Shown piece by piece: positions 12,165-25,100 of a stretch of DNA of 64,000 nt. The position numbers were made by a program, and so were the translations under genes. The notes below the pieces were generated by a model, which saw only the letters and a list, made by a program, of their open reading frames with translations, was not told the DNA's origin and searched no databases. This DNA comes from Eledone cirrhosa. Lineage: Eukaryota. Numbering within the stretch: the stretch's first letter is position 1; the number at the start of each line of letters is the position of its first letter. The stretch is taken from NCBI GenBank assembly GCA_964016885.1, contig OZ024742.1, forward strand, positions 45,694,001-45,758,000, read 5' to 3'.

Positions 12165-12170
<6 letters not shown>

Positions 12171-12227
<57 letters not shown>

Positions 12228-12983
12228 CATGTATGTGTGTATATATATATATTCATGTATGTGTATATATATATATATATATACATGTATGTGTATATAT
12301 ATACATGTATGTGTATATATATACATGTATGTGTGTATATATATATACATGTGTGTGTATATATATATACATGTATGTGTATATATATACATGTATGTGT
12401 GTATATATATATATATATACATGTATGTGTGTGTGTATATATATATATACATGTATGTGTGTGTATATATATATATACATGTATGTGTGTGTATATATAT
12501 ATATACATGTGTGTGTATATATATATACATGTGTGTGTATATATATATACATGTGTGTGTATATATATATACATGTGTGTGTATATATATATACATGTGT
12601 GTGTATATATATATATACATGTGTGTATTTATATGTATGTGTGTATATATATATATACATATATGTGTATATATATATATACATGTATGTGTATGTATAT
12701 ATATATATATATACATGTATGTGTATGTATATATATACATGTATGTGTGTATATATACATGTATGTGTATGTATATATATACATGTATGTGTGTATATAT
12801 ACATGTATGTGTATGTATATATATACATGTATGTGTGTATATATACATGTATGTGTGTATATATATATATATGTGTGTATATATATATATACATGTGTGT
12901 GTATATATATATATACATGTGTGTGTATATATATATATACATGTATATGTGTATATATATATATACATGTACATGTATATGTG

Positions 12984-13015
<32 letters not shown>

Positions 13016-13556
13016 CATGTGTGCGTATATATATATATACATGTATGTGTATATATATATATATACATGTATGTGTATATATATATATACATGTATGTAT
13101 ATATATATATATGCATATGTGTGTGTATATATATATATACATGTGTGTGTATATATATATATATATACATGTGTGTGTATATATATATATACATACATGT
13201 GTGTGTATATATATATATACATGTGTGTATATATATATATATACATGTGTGTATATATATATATATACATGTGTGTATATATATATATATACATGTGTGT
13301 ATATATATATATATACATGTGTGTATATATATATACATGTATGTGTGTATATATACATGTATGTGTATATATATACATGTATGTGTATATATATACATGT
13401 ATGTGTATATATATACATGTATGTGTATATATATACATGTATGTGTATATATATACATGTATGTGTATATATATACATGTATGTGTATATATATACATGA
13501 ATGTGTGTGTGTATATATATATACGTGTGTGTATATATATATACATGTATGTGTGT
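12171..13556 (+). repeat. Compound (TA)n/(TG)n array
   Basis: Repeats of (ta)n-catgtatgtgtg. Confidence 0.95.
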
Positions 13557-15573
13557 ATCATCATCATCATCAACGTTTAACGTCCGTGTTCCACGCTTGC
13601 ATGGGTTTGGACGGGGGTTTCCCACTTGAGGCAAGAGTGATTATCTTGCTCGCATAGGACTGTCTGGCAGGTTTTCTACAGTTGGATGCCCTTCCTAACA
13701 CCAACCACATTTACAGTGTGGGGCTGGGAGGTTTTTACAGTGTTGCCTACACGGCCACATTACAGCGTGAACTGTGTGTTTTTTTGACGTGACACCTACA
13801 CGATCTCATTTGTTTCGGCCTGGATGTTGTGGCACCAACATAACTTTACATCGAAAGGGGCGGTGTGGATGGGGTGGGGGTGGTGGGCCGGTTTTGTTAG
13901 AGATGCCTACTGACTGTAGTAGGTTTTACTTTGTATTTGGGTAAGGCGGGTCTTCTCTATTACTGAGTACCGCCAAAGGTCTCGGTCCAGTGACATTATC
14001 TTGGTGAGGTGTAAGTGTGTGAGGTCGGAATTTATCAGCTCGTCCCAGGTTTTTCTACGTCTGCCTATTCCGTGGCTACCGTCTATCTTTATTGCCCTGC
14101 ACTTTGTTATACAGCTATCGTCCTTCATGCGCATCATCTGACCATACCAACGTAGCCTTCTCTCGAGTAAACAACATCTGATCCCTCTTATTTCTAATTT
14201 TTTCCTTAGTTCGTTTATGCTTTGCCGTTCACGTATATTACTATTACACATCCAGCGGAGCATGCAAGCTTCGTTTCTCTCTAGTCTGCGTATATCCTCT
14301 GCACACAATGCCCAGGTCTCACTGCCATGCAACATTGCTGTTCGTATGCAGGCATCGTACAACCTGCCTTTCATTTTTAGGGAGAACCCTTTAGCGGCTA
14401 ATAGTGGTATAAGCTCTCTGAACTTTTTCCACCCAGTTCTGACTCTAGCTACTGTACTTTCAGAGCACCCTCCCCCACTGCTGATTTTGTCACCCAGGTA
14501 ACGGAAGCTGTCCACTATTTCTATAGAACCCTCTGCGCAATTGAAAGAGCTAGTATTTTGTGGGCACTTGCTGCTACTTATTGCACCAGAGCACCGGCCA
14601 CATGTAAAATCTATGTTCTTAGTTAGCTTACCTGTGATCCCACTACATCTTTTATGCACCCATACTTTGCATTTGGGACACAAAATAGAGTTTCTACCTA
14701 CGCCTTTCCTACACACTGAGCATGGCCACTTCCCGGAAGGGACCGCCGCCTTATTTTCTTTCTTACAAACTAGAACTTTAGTCTTAGCCAGGTTAATTTT
14801 AAGGCCTTTTGATTCTAGGCCGTGCTTCCATGTTTGGAATTTCTTCTCTAGCTCGGCCATTGATTCCGCTATGAGTGTTAGGTCGTCTGCGTATAGGAGT
14901 CCCCATGGGCAGCCGGTCTTGAACTCCTCTGTTATAGCCTGAAGGGCAATAATAAATAGTAGGGGGCTGAGAACAGAGCCCAGATGGACGCCAACTTTTA
15001 CGCTAAACTCTTCACTATATTCGTTGTTAATTTTAACCTTGCTGACTGTTTCTTTATACATGGCTTGTATAGCTCTCACAAGCCATTCGTCAACACCTAG
15101 TTTTCTAAGAGCCCACCAGATAATGGAACGGGGGACTCTGTCGAAGGCTTTCTCCAAGTCGACAAAAGCTAAGTTATAGGGGTTTACTTTTAGCTAGGTA
15201 CTTCTCCTGTAATTGTCGTACAATGAAAAGAGCGTCTGTGGTACTTTTGCCTGACAAAAACCCAAACTGCATTTCATCTAGATCAATTCTCTCTCTGATT
15301 AGTTGCGCTATTACTTTTTCCGTGACCTTCATGACGTGGTCGATTAATTTAATGCCTCTATAGTTACTCCTATCTAGGGCATCTCCTTTACCCTTATAAC
15401 AGTTAACGATGATGCTGCTACGCCAGTCCTTCGGAACAACCCCATTCTGTATGACTTGGTTAACTATCCGGGTGACCATGGTGTGTCCCACCGTACCAGA
15501 TGCCTTCAGCATCTCCGCAACTATTTCCGAAGGCCCAGCCGCCTTACCCGTCTTCATATCTTTGATTGCCTTA
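13557..15573 (-). mobile_element. 5'-truncated RTE-A variant with 1-bp frameshift
   Basis: ORFs 15174-15557 and 13907-15157 are out of frame because of an extra base near 15175 relative to copy 1; RT, PHD and (GAT)n tail present. Confidence 0.9.
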
Positions 15574-15597
15574 TATATATATGTATATATACATGTA

Positions 15598-15632
<35 letters not shown>

Positions 15633-15636
15633 TCAT

Positions 15637-15690
<54 letters not shown>

Positions 15691-15695
15691 GTGTA

Positions 15696-15744
<49 letters not shown>

Positions 15745-15930
15745 ATATATATACATGTATGTATGTGTGTATATATATACATGTATGTATGTGTGTATAT
15801 ATATATATGTATGTATGTGTGTATATATATATACATGTATGTGTGTGTATATATATATATACATGTATGTGTGTGTATATATATGTACATGTGTGTGTGT
15901 GTGTATGTATATATATATATATATATATAT
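15574..15930 (+). repeat. Compound (TA)n/(TG)n array
   Basis: Direct inspection. Confidence 0.95.
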
Positions 15931-16536
15931 ATGGTGGCTGCCAACTCGTTTTCGAGTACGGCCACTACTTTATATCCATGTAGGAGAACCCCTACCAAAG
16001 CGCTGAACGAGTGTGACTTTTTAGTCCAGCCAGCGACTTGAAAACTCTGGTACAAACACTACACTTGTGACAATTATTGACACATAGTGCTGGGCCCATG
16101 GTACCATGTGAGGACAAGTGCAAAGAGATCTCCAGATATAAAGCAATGCCTGTGCCGTGAAGCTTTTATAGTGAGCAAAGGTACTGCACAAAGCCAGTCC
16201 CACTCTCTTAACCAAGATGATATTTACCAAAAAGAAGAACAAGTCAACATCATTGGATACCATCAGGGTTGCAGGAGTTATATCAGAGTTTTCTTTCTCC
16301 TAGAATTCTGCCTTGACAAAGGCTAAGGGGTCATCTCTCTCGGTGATTTTGGATGGCCATTGACTCTTAAGAGCTCCTTTGCCCTTTGACAGGTTTTGTT
16401 TTTAGTCCTGCAGGATGTCCAAAGTCACCCTCCTCACCAAGAAACCTTGGTGGGGTTGCCAGTTTAGTGGCCAACGACCCGACCATGAGACAGGTTGTAC
16501 TGGGATACATGTTACCAGTAGCACCAACTGGTGACC

Positions 16537-16539
<3 letters not shown>
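15931..16539 (-). mobile_element. ~610-bp non-autonomous bipartite RTE derivative, copy 2
   Basis: Same ends and high similarity to 6936-7544 in reverse orientation; [23 protein letters not shown] is intact here. Confidence 0.75.
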
Positions 16540-16597
<58 letters not shown>

Positions 16598-16649
16598 GTG
16601 TATGTATATATATATTCATGTATGTGTCTGTATATATATATATATACAT

Positions 16650-16707
<58 letters not shown>

Positions 16708-16838
16708 GTATATATATATATACATGTATGTGTATATATATATACATGTATGTGTATATATATATATACATGTATGTGTATATATATATATACATGTATG
16801 TGTGTGTATATATATGTGTATATATATATATACATGTA

Positions 16839-16877
<39 letters not shown>

Positions 16878-16946
16878 GTGTGTGTGTATATATTATATAT
16901 ATATATATTCATGTATGTGTGTATATATATACATATATATATTCAT

Positions 16947-16978
<32 letters not shown>

Positions 16979-17276
16979 TCATGTATGTGTGTATATATAT
17001 ATATATATATACATGTATGTGTATATATATATATACGTATATGTATGTGTATATATATATATACGTGTATGTGTGTGTATATATATATACGTGTGTGTAT
17101 ATATATATACATGTCTGTATATATATACATGTATGTGTGTATATATATATATATATATACATGTATGTGTATATATATATATATATACATGTATGTGTAT
17201 ATATATATATATATACATGTATGTGTATATATATATACATGTATGTGTATATATATATATATACGTGTATGTGTAT
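16540..17276 (+). repeat. Compound (TA)n/(TG)n array
   Basis: Direct inspection. Confidence 0.95.
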
Positions 17277-19599
17277 ATCATCATCATCATCAGCGTTTAA
17301 CGTCCGTGTTCCACGCTTGCATGGGTTTGGACGGGGGTAGTCCCACTTGAGGCAAGAGTGATTGTCTTGCTCGCATAGGACTGTCTGGCAGGTTTTCTAG
17401 TTGGATGCCCTTCCTAACACCAACCACATTTACAGTGTGGGTCTGGGAGGTTTTTACCGTGTTGCCTACACGGCCACATTACAGCGTGGACTGTGTGTTT
17501 TTTTGTCGTGACACCTACACGATCTCATTTGTTTCGGCCTGGATGGCGCGGCACCAACATAACTTTACATAGAACGGGGTGGTGTGGATGGGGTGGGGGT
17601 GGTGGTGGTGGGACGGGGTGTATTTTGTTAGAGATGCCTACTGGCAAGGCGGGTCTTCTCTGTTACCGAGTACCGCCAAAGGTCTCGGTCCAGTAACATT
17701 GTCTTGGAGAGGTGTAAGTGTGTGAGGTCGGAGTTTATCAGCTCGTCCCAGGTTTTTCTAGGTCTGCCTATTCCGTGGCTACCGTCTATCTTTATTGCCC
17801 TGCACTTTGTTATACAGCTATCGACTTTCATGTGCATCACGTGTCCATACCAACGTAGCCTTCTCTCGAGTAAACAACATCTGATCCCTCTTATCTCTAA
17901 TTTTTTCCTTAGTTCGTTTATGCTTTGCCGTTCACGTATATTACTGTTACACATCCAGCGGAGCATGCAAGCTTCGTTCCTCTCTAGTCTGCGTATATCC
18001 TCTGCACACAATGCCCAGGTCTCACTGCCATGCAACATTGCTGTTCGTATGCAGGCATCGTACAACCTGCCTTTCATTTTTAGGGAGAACCCTTTAGCAG
18101 CTAATAGTGGTATAAGCTCTCTGAACTTTTTCCAACCAGTTCTGACTTTAGTTACTGTACTTTCAGAGCACCCTCCCCCACTGCTGATTTTATCGCCCAG
18201 GTAACGGAAGTTGTCCACTATTTCTATAGAACCCTCTGCGCAATTGAAAGAGCTAGTATTTTGTGGGCACTTGCTGCTACTTATTGCACCAGAACACCGG
18301 CCACATGTAAAATCTATGTTCTTAGTTAGCTTACCTGTGATCCCACTACGTCTTTTATGCACCCATACTTTGCATTTAGGACATAAAATGGAGTTTCTAC
18401 CTACGCCTTTCCTACACACCGAGCACGGCCATTTGCCTGACACAAACCCGAACTGCATTTCATCTAGGTCAATACTCTCTCTGATTAGTTGCGCTATTAC
18501 TTTTTCCGTGACCTTCATGACCTGGTCGATTAATTTAATGCCTCTATAGTTACTCCTATCTAGGGCGTCTCCTTTACCCTTATAACAGTTAACGATAATG
18601 CTGCTATGCCAGTCCTTCGGAACAACCCCATTCTGTACGACTTGGTTAACTATGCGGGTGACCATGGTGTGTCCCACCGTGCCAGATGCCTTCAGCATCT
18701 CAGCAACTATTTCCGAAGGCCCAGCCGCCTTACCCGTCTTCATATCCTTGATTGCCTTACTTATTATACTCCCCTCGACTAACACTGCTGGTCCCTCTAT
18801 TGGGTCGATATGGGTGAGACTGTCTTTCTCCCATTTATTCTCCTCATTTAGTAGCCTTTCATAGTGACACTTCCAAGCTACCTTCTTATCAGCGTCGGTG
18901 ATGGCAAGTGTGCTATCATCGTTTAGTACACACTTCTCCCCGACAATATCACGGTTTTTTTTGACGCATTGCCTAGCAATCCTGAACACCTCACGTTTTT
19001 GGTCCTCGCGTTGTAGAACATGCTTGAACTTTCTTTCCTCTGCTTCCCTTCTTGCTAAGTACACTTGTCTCCTAGCTTCCCTCCTGGCCACTTGATAGTC
19101 TTCTCTACTTCCCCCATCCCGCCATACTTTCCAAGCCTGCTTTTCGGCCTTAATTGACCCCTCCAGTTTACTGTTCCACCACCTACAGGCCTGCTCCAGC
19201 CACAGACTTCGTCTGTCGCCATCAGAAGGTTTGCCTTCAGAAATTCCCACTGTCCCTCTATATTGTCCGACTGTAAATGTTCTTCCTTACTGTCGAAAGC
19301 ATCAAGTAATATGCTTTGAAATTTATTTCTGGCTGTGGGGTCCTTTAGCTTCCATATTTTTCTCCTGAGGATAGTCCTCTTCTGCTGTCGAGTACGTCTC
19401 GTCCTGACTATGAGGTCGCTAATTATGAGTCTATGTTGGGAGATGCATTCTTCATGGGGGAGGGATTTAGTGTTTACAACAGACACTCTGTCACGTCTTC
19501 TGGTAAGGATATAATCTACCTGGCTTCTGTGTTCCCCGGATCTATAGGTGATCAGGTGATTGTCACGTTTTTTGAAGTTAGTGTTACAGATAGTTAGGT

Positions 19600-19603
<4 letters not shown>
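17277..19603 (-). mobile_element. 5'-truncated RTE-A copy with in-frame deletion of the RT core
   Basis: QFGFVSGK is fused directly to WPCSVC at 18431/18432; smaller deletions near 19180 and 17645. Confidence 0.9.
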
Positions 19604-19639
<36 letters not shown>

Positions 19640-19757
19640 GTGTATGTGTATATATATATATACATATATGTGTATATATATATATGTATGTGTATATATA
19701 TATATATATATATGTGTATATATATATATATATACATGTATGTGTATATATATATAC

Positions 19758-20091
19758 ACAGGGTACCCGACCTCCCATGGGTACATGCTGAAGCATATAA
19801 ACAATATGCCCCCCCCCCCCACCGCAAGGTGGTCGTGGAGGTGCCACGGCAAAAAAGCACCCAGCCCACACTGTAAAGTGGACGTGTAGGCGCCACGAAA
19901 AAGCACCCAGCACTCACTGTAAATGAGGTTGGTGTTAGGAAGGGCATCCAGCTGTAGAAATCAAGCCAGATCAGTTCCTGTATGAGCAAGGCATGGTCAG
20001 CCGACCAGACACTGCCCACAACAGGACAACCCGTCTAACCCATGCTAGCGTGGAAGAACGGACGTAAAACGGTGATGATGATGATGATGAT
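19758..20091 (+). mobile_element. RTE family B 3' fragment
   Basis: Matches ~43635-43972; (gat)n tail. Confidence 0.9.
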
Positions 20092-20114
20092 ACATGTATG
20101 TGTATATATATATG

Positions 20115-20148
<34 letters not shown>

Positions 20149-20185
20149 CGTGTATGTGTGTATATATATATATATACACATACAT

Positions 20186-21029
20186 GGATGGAAGAAGGGA
20201 TGGAAGAAGGGATGGAAGAAGTTTAGGGAACTACTACCACTGCTAGCTGCAAAAGGCTTCTCCCTCAGAATGAAAGGCAGACTGTATGATGCGTGTATCC
20301 GAACAGCGATGTTGCATGGTAGTGAGACCTGGGCGCTGAAGGTGGAAGACTTACGTAGATTAGAGAGAAACGAAGCCTGCATGCTCCGATGGATGTGTAA
20401 CAGTAATATACGTGAACGACAAAGCATAAAGGAATTGAGAGAGAGACTGAGCATAAGAGGAATCAAATGCTGCGTGCAGGAGAGGCGGTTACGCTGGTAT
20501 GGACATGTGATGCGTATGAAGGATGACAGCTGCATAAAAAGGTGCAGAGCACTAGAAGTTGATGGAAACCGCGGAGTGGGGAGACCCAAGATGACTTGGG
20601 ATGAGGTGATAAAAGCCGACCTTACCCAACTACACCTCTCAAAGTCAATGACACACGACCGTGACTTCTGGCGTCACGCAGTAATACAGGGTACCCGACC
20701 TCCCATGGGTACATGCTGAAGCATATAAACAATATGCCCCCCCCCCCCCCCCCCCCCCACCGCAAGGTGGTCGTGGAGGTGCCACGGCAAAAAAGCACCC
20801 AGCCCACACTGTAAAGTGGACGTGTAGGCGCCACGAAAAAGCACCCAGCACTCACTGTAAATGAGGTTGGTGTTAGGAAGGGCATCCAGCTGTAGAAATC
20901 AAGCCAGATCAGTTCCTGTATGAGCAAGGCATGGTCAGCCGACCAGACACTGCCCACAACAGGACAACCCGTCTAACCCATGCTAGCGTGGAAGAACGGA
21001 CGTAAAACGGTGATGATGATGATGATGAT
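20186..21029 (+). mobile_element. RTE family B 5'-truncated copy (ORF C-terminus + 3' UTR)
   Basis: GWKKFRELLPLL..RPPMGTC nearly identical to the end of ORF 42042-43667; 12-bp triplication at the 5' junction. Confidence 0.9.
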
Positions 21030-21862
21030 ACATGTATGTGTATATATATATATACATGTATGTGTATATATATATATACATGTATGTGTATATATATATA
21101 TACATGTATGTGTATATATATATATACATGTATGTGTATATATATATATACATGTATGTGTATATATATATATACATGTATGTGTATATATATATATACA
21201 TGTATGTGTATATATATATATACATGTGTGTGTATATATATATATACATGTGTGTGTATATATATATATACATGTGTGTGTATATATATATATACATGTG
21301 TGTGTATATATATATATGCATGTGTGTGTATATATATATATATACATATGTGTGTATATATATATATACATGTATGTGTATATATATATACATGTGTGTG
21401 TATATATATATATACATGTATGTGTATATATATACATGTATATGTGTGTATATATATACATGTATGTGTGTATATATATACATGTGTGTGTGTATATATA
21501 TATATACATGTGTGTGTGTGTATATATACATGTATGTGTGTGTGTAAATATATACATGAATGTGTGTATATATATATATACATGTATGTGTGTATATATA
21601 TATATACATGTATGTGTGTATATATATATATACATGTATGTGTGTGTATATATATATATACATGTATGTGTGTGTATATATATATATACATGTATGTGTG
21701 TGTATATATATATATACATGTATGTATGTGTGTATATATATATATACGTATGTATGTATATACATGTATGTGTGTATATATATATATACGTATGTATGTA
21801 TATACATGTATGTGTGTATATATATATATACATGTATGTGTGTATATATATATATACATGTA

Positions 21863-21910
<48 letters not shown>

Positions 21911-21997
21911 CGTGTGTATATATATATATATATACATGTATGTGTGTGTATATATATATACATGTATGTGTGTATGTGTGTGTATATATATATACAT

Positions 21998-22030
<33 letters not shown>

Positions 22031-22105
22031 CACATGTATGTGTGTATATATATATATGTATATATATACATGTATGTGTGTATATATATATATGTATATA
22101 TATAT
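21030..22105 (+). repeat. Compound (TA)n/(TG)n array, beginning with perfect 24-bp units
   Basis: acatgtatgtgtatatatatatat repeated next to the LINE tail. Confidence 0.95.
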
Positions 22106-25100
22106 ACAAATTTTGTATTTTTGTTAATCGCTTGTTAAATGCATGGACCCCACTCAATCATTACCTTCTTGCTAGCTACCCAACACCCCTCCCTCCCACC
22201 CCCACACACCACCATTGCTATTACGTGGACCAATCATAAAACAGAGCCCCCACGCATCACCAGTATTATTACGCGGACCAATCAGAAACCAGAGGCCTAT
22301 ACTATCGCTTGCCTGGTTGCCTTTCGATATACGATATACGATATATGATGGATGGATGGACTGCGGAATCCTGGAGAGTGGAGGTGAGAGAGAAAAATCT
22401 GGACGCTCAGCGACAATGCCAAAGATAAAGACAAATTCACCCCTTGGACGAGAATGCGAGCACTCCTCATTGTTTCGACCGCGGACGGCTAACATAACCC
22501 CATCGCCCCCCGCCCCTCACCGCCCCCAACCCCCAAACGCAATCCAAAACTTCAGAGTTGGTACCATAAATGTAGGCACCCTAAAGCGTCGCGCTAACGA
22601 GGTTGTAGAAATGCTTGAACGTAAGGAGGTCGATGTTTGTTGTATTCAAGAGACCAGGTGGAGGGGTGGGTCTGCTAGGTTCATTGAGGGTAAAAAACGT
22701 TGTTATAAGCTTTTCTGGGTGGGAAACGACGATGGGCTGGGTGGAGTAGGAATCATGGTAGCAGAAAAGTGGGCAGATAAGATAATAGACGTAAATAGAG
22801 TGAACGACAGAATAATTAAAATACGACTTGTCCTCAATAGAACTACGGTGACAGTAATATCTGCGTACGCACCCCAATCCGGACTGCCCGGCACTATAAA
22901 AGACAGATTCTATGAGACACTGATGCTAACTACCTCCCAAATATCCGACAGTGACTATATAATTATCGCAGGCGACCTAAATGGTCACGTTGGACAACAT
23001 TGTGACGGCTACGACGAAATCCATGGAGGCTATGGGTTTGGTACTAGAAATGAGGAAGGCTCCAGAATCCTGGAATTCTGTGATGCAAATAACCTAACTA
23101 TCTGTAACACTAACTTCAAAAAACGTGACAATCACCTGATCACCTATAGATCCGGGGAACACACAAGCCAGGTAGATTATATCCTTACCAGAAGACGTGA
23201 CAGAGTGTCTGTTGTTAACACTAAATCCCTCCCCCATGAAGAATGCACCTCCCAACATAGACTGATAATTAGCGACCTCATAGTCAGGACGAGACGTACT
23301 CGACAACAGAAGAGGACTATCCTCAGGAGGAAAATATGGAAGCTAAAGGACCCCACAGCCAGGAATAAATTTCAAAGCATATTACTTGATGCTTTCGACA
23401 GTAAGGAAGAACATTTAGAGTCGGACAATATAGAGGGAGAGTGGGAATTTCTGAAAGCAAACCTGCTGTTGGCGACAGACGAGGTCTGTGGCTGGAGCAG
23501 GCCTGTAGGCAGGAGGAGAGTAACATGGTGGTGGAACAGTAAGGTGGAGGGGTCAATTAAGGCCAAAAAGCAGGCTTGGAAAGTATGGCGGGATGGGGGA
23601 AGTAGAGAGGACTATCAAGTGGCCAGGAGGGAAGCTAGGAGACAAGTGTACTTAGCAAGAAGGGAAGCTGAGGAAAGAAAGTTCAAGCATGTTCTACAAC
23701 GCGATGACCAAAAACGTGAGGTGTTCAGGATTGCTAGGCAATGCATCAAGGAAAACCGTGATATTGTCGGGGAGAAGTGTGTACTAAACGACGATGGCAC
23801 ACTTGCCATCACCGACGCTGATAAGAAGGTAGCTTGGAAGTGTCACTATGAAAGGCTTCTAAATGAGGAGAATAATTGGGAGAAAGGCAGTCTCCCCCAT
23901 ATCGACCCAATAGAGGGACCAGCAGTGTTAGTCGAGGGGAGTATAATAAGTAAGGCAATCAAGGATATGAAGACTGGTAAGGCGGCTGGGCCTTCGGAAA
24001 TAGTTGCTGAGATGCTGAAGGCATCTGGCACGGTGGGACACACCATGGTCACCCGCATAGTTAACCAAGTCGTACAGAATGGGGTTGTTCCGAAGGACTG
24101 GCATAGCAGCATCATCGTTAACTGTTATAAGGGTAAAGGAGACGCCCTAGATAGGAGTAACTATAGAGGCATTAAATTAATCGACCAGGTCATGAAGGTC
24201 ACGGAAAGAGTAATAGCGCAACTAATCAGAGAGAGAATTGACCTAGATGAAATGCAGTTCGGGTTTGTGTCAGGCAAAAGTACCACAGACGCTCTTTTCA
24301 TAGTACGACAACTACAGGAGAAGTACCTAGCTAAAGGTAAACCCCTCTACTTAGCTTTTGTCGACTTGGAGAAAGCCTTCGACAGAGTCCCCCGCTCCAT
24401 TATCTGGTGGGCTCTTAGAAAACTAGGCGTTGACGAATGGCTTGTGAGGGCTATACAAGCCATGTATAAAGAAACAGTCAGCAAGGTTAGAATTAACAAC
24501 GAATATAGTGAAGAGTTTAGCGTAAAAGTTGGCGTCCATCAGGGCTCTGTTCTCAGTCCACTACTATTTATTATTGCCCTTCAGGCTATAACAGAGGAGT
24601 TCAAGACAGGCTGCCCATGGGAACTCCTATACGCAGACGACCTGACACTCATAGCGGAATCAATGGCCGAGCTAGAGAAGAAATTCCAAACATGGAAGCA
24701 CGGCCTAGAGTCAAAAGGACTTAAAATTAACCTGGCTAAGACCAAAGTACTAGTTTGTAGGAAAGAAAACAAGGCGGCGGTCCCTTCTGGGAAATGGTCG
24801 TGCTCGGTGTGTAGGAAAGGCGTAGGTAGAAACTCCATTTTATGTCCTAAATGCAAAGTATGGGTGCATAAAAGATGTAGTGGGATCACAGGTAAGCTAA
24901 CTAAGAACATAGATTTTACATGTGGCCGGTGCTCTGGTGCAATAAGTAGCAGCAAGTGCCCACAAACTACTAGCTCTTTCAATTGCGCAGAGGGTTCTAT
25001 AGAAATAGTGGACAGCTTCCGTTACCTGGGCGATAAAATCAGCAGTGGGGGAGGGTGCTCTGAAAGTACTGTAGCTAGAGTCAGAACTGGTTGGAAAAAG

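Larger units (their letters stand above)
9684..12170. mobile_element. Penelope-like element relic with ~545-bp inverted terminal repeats (9684-10227 / 11615-12170)
   Basis: Arms are reverse complements (cgatattaataaatggaaactat.. / ..atagtttccatttattaatatcg); a PLE RT fragment directly follows the left arm; each arm carries a hammerhead motif. Confidence 0.75.
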
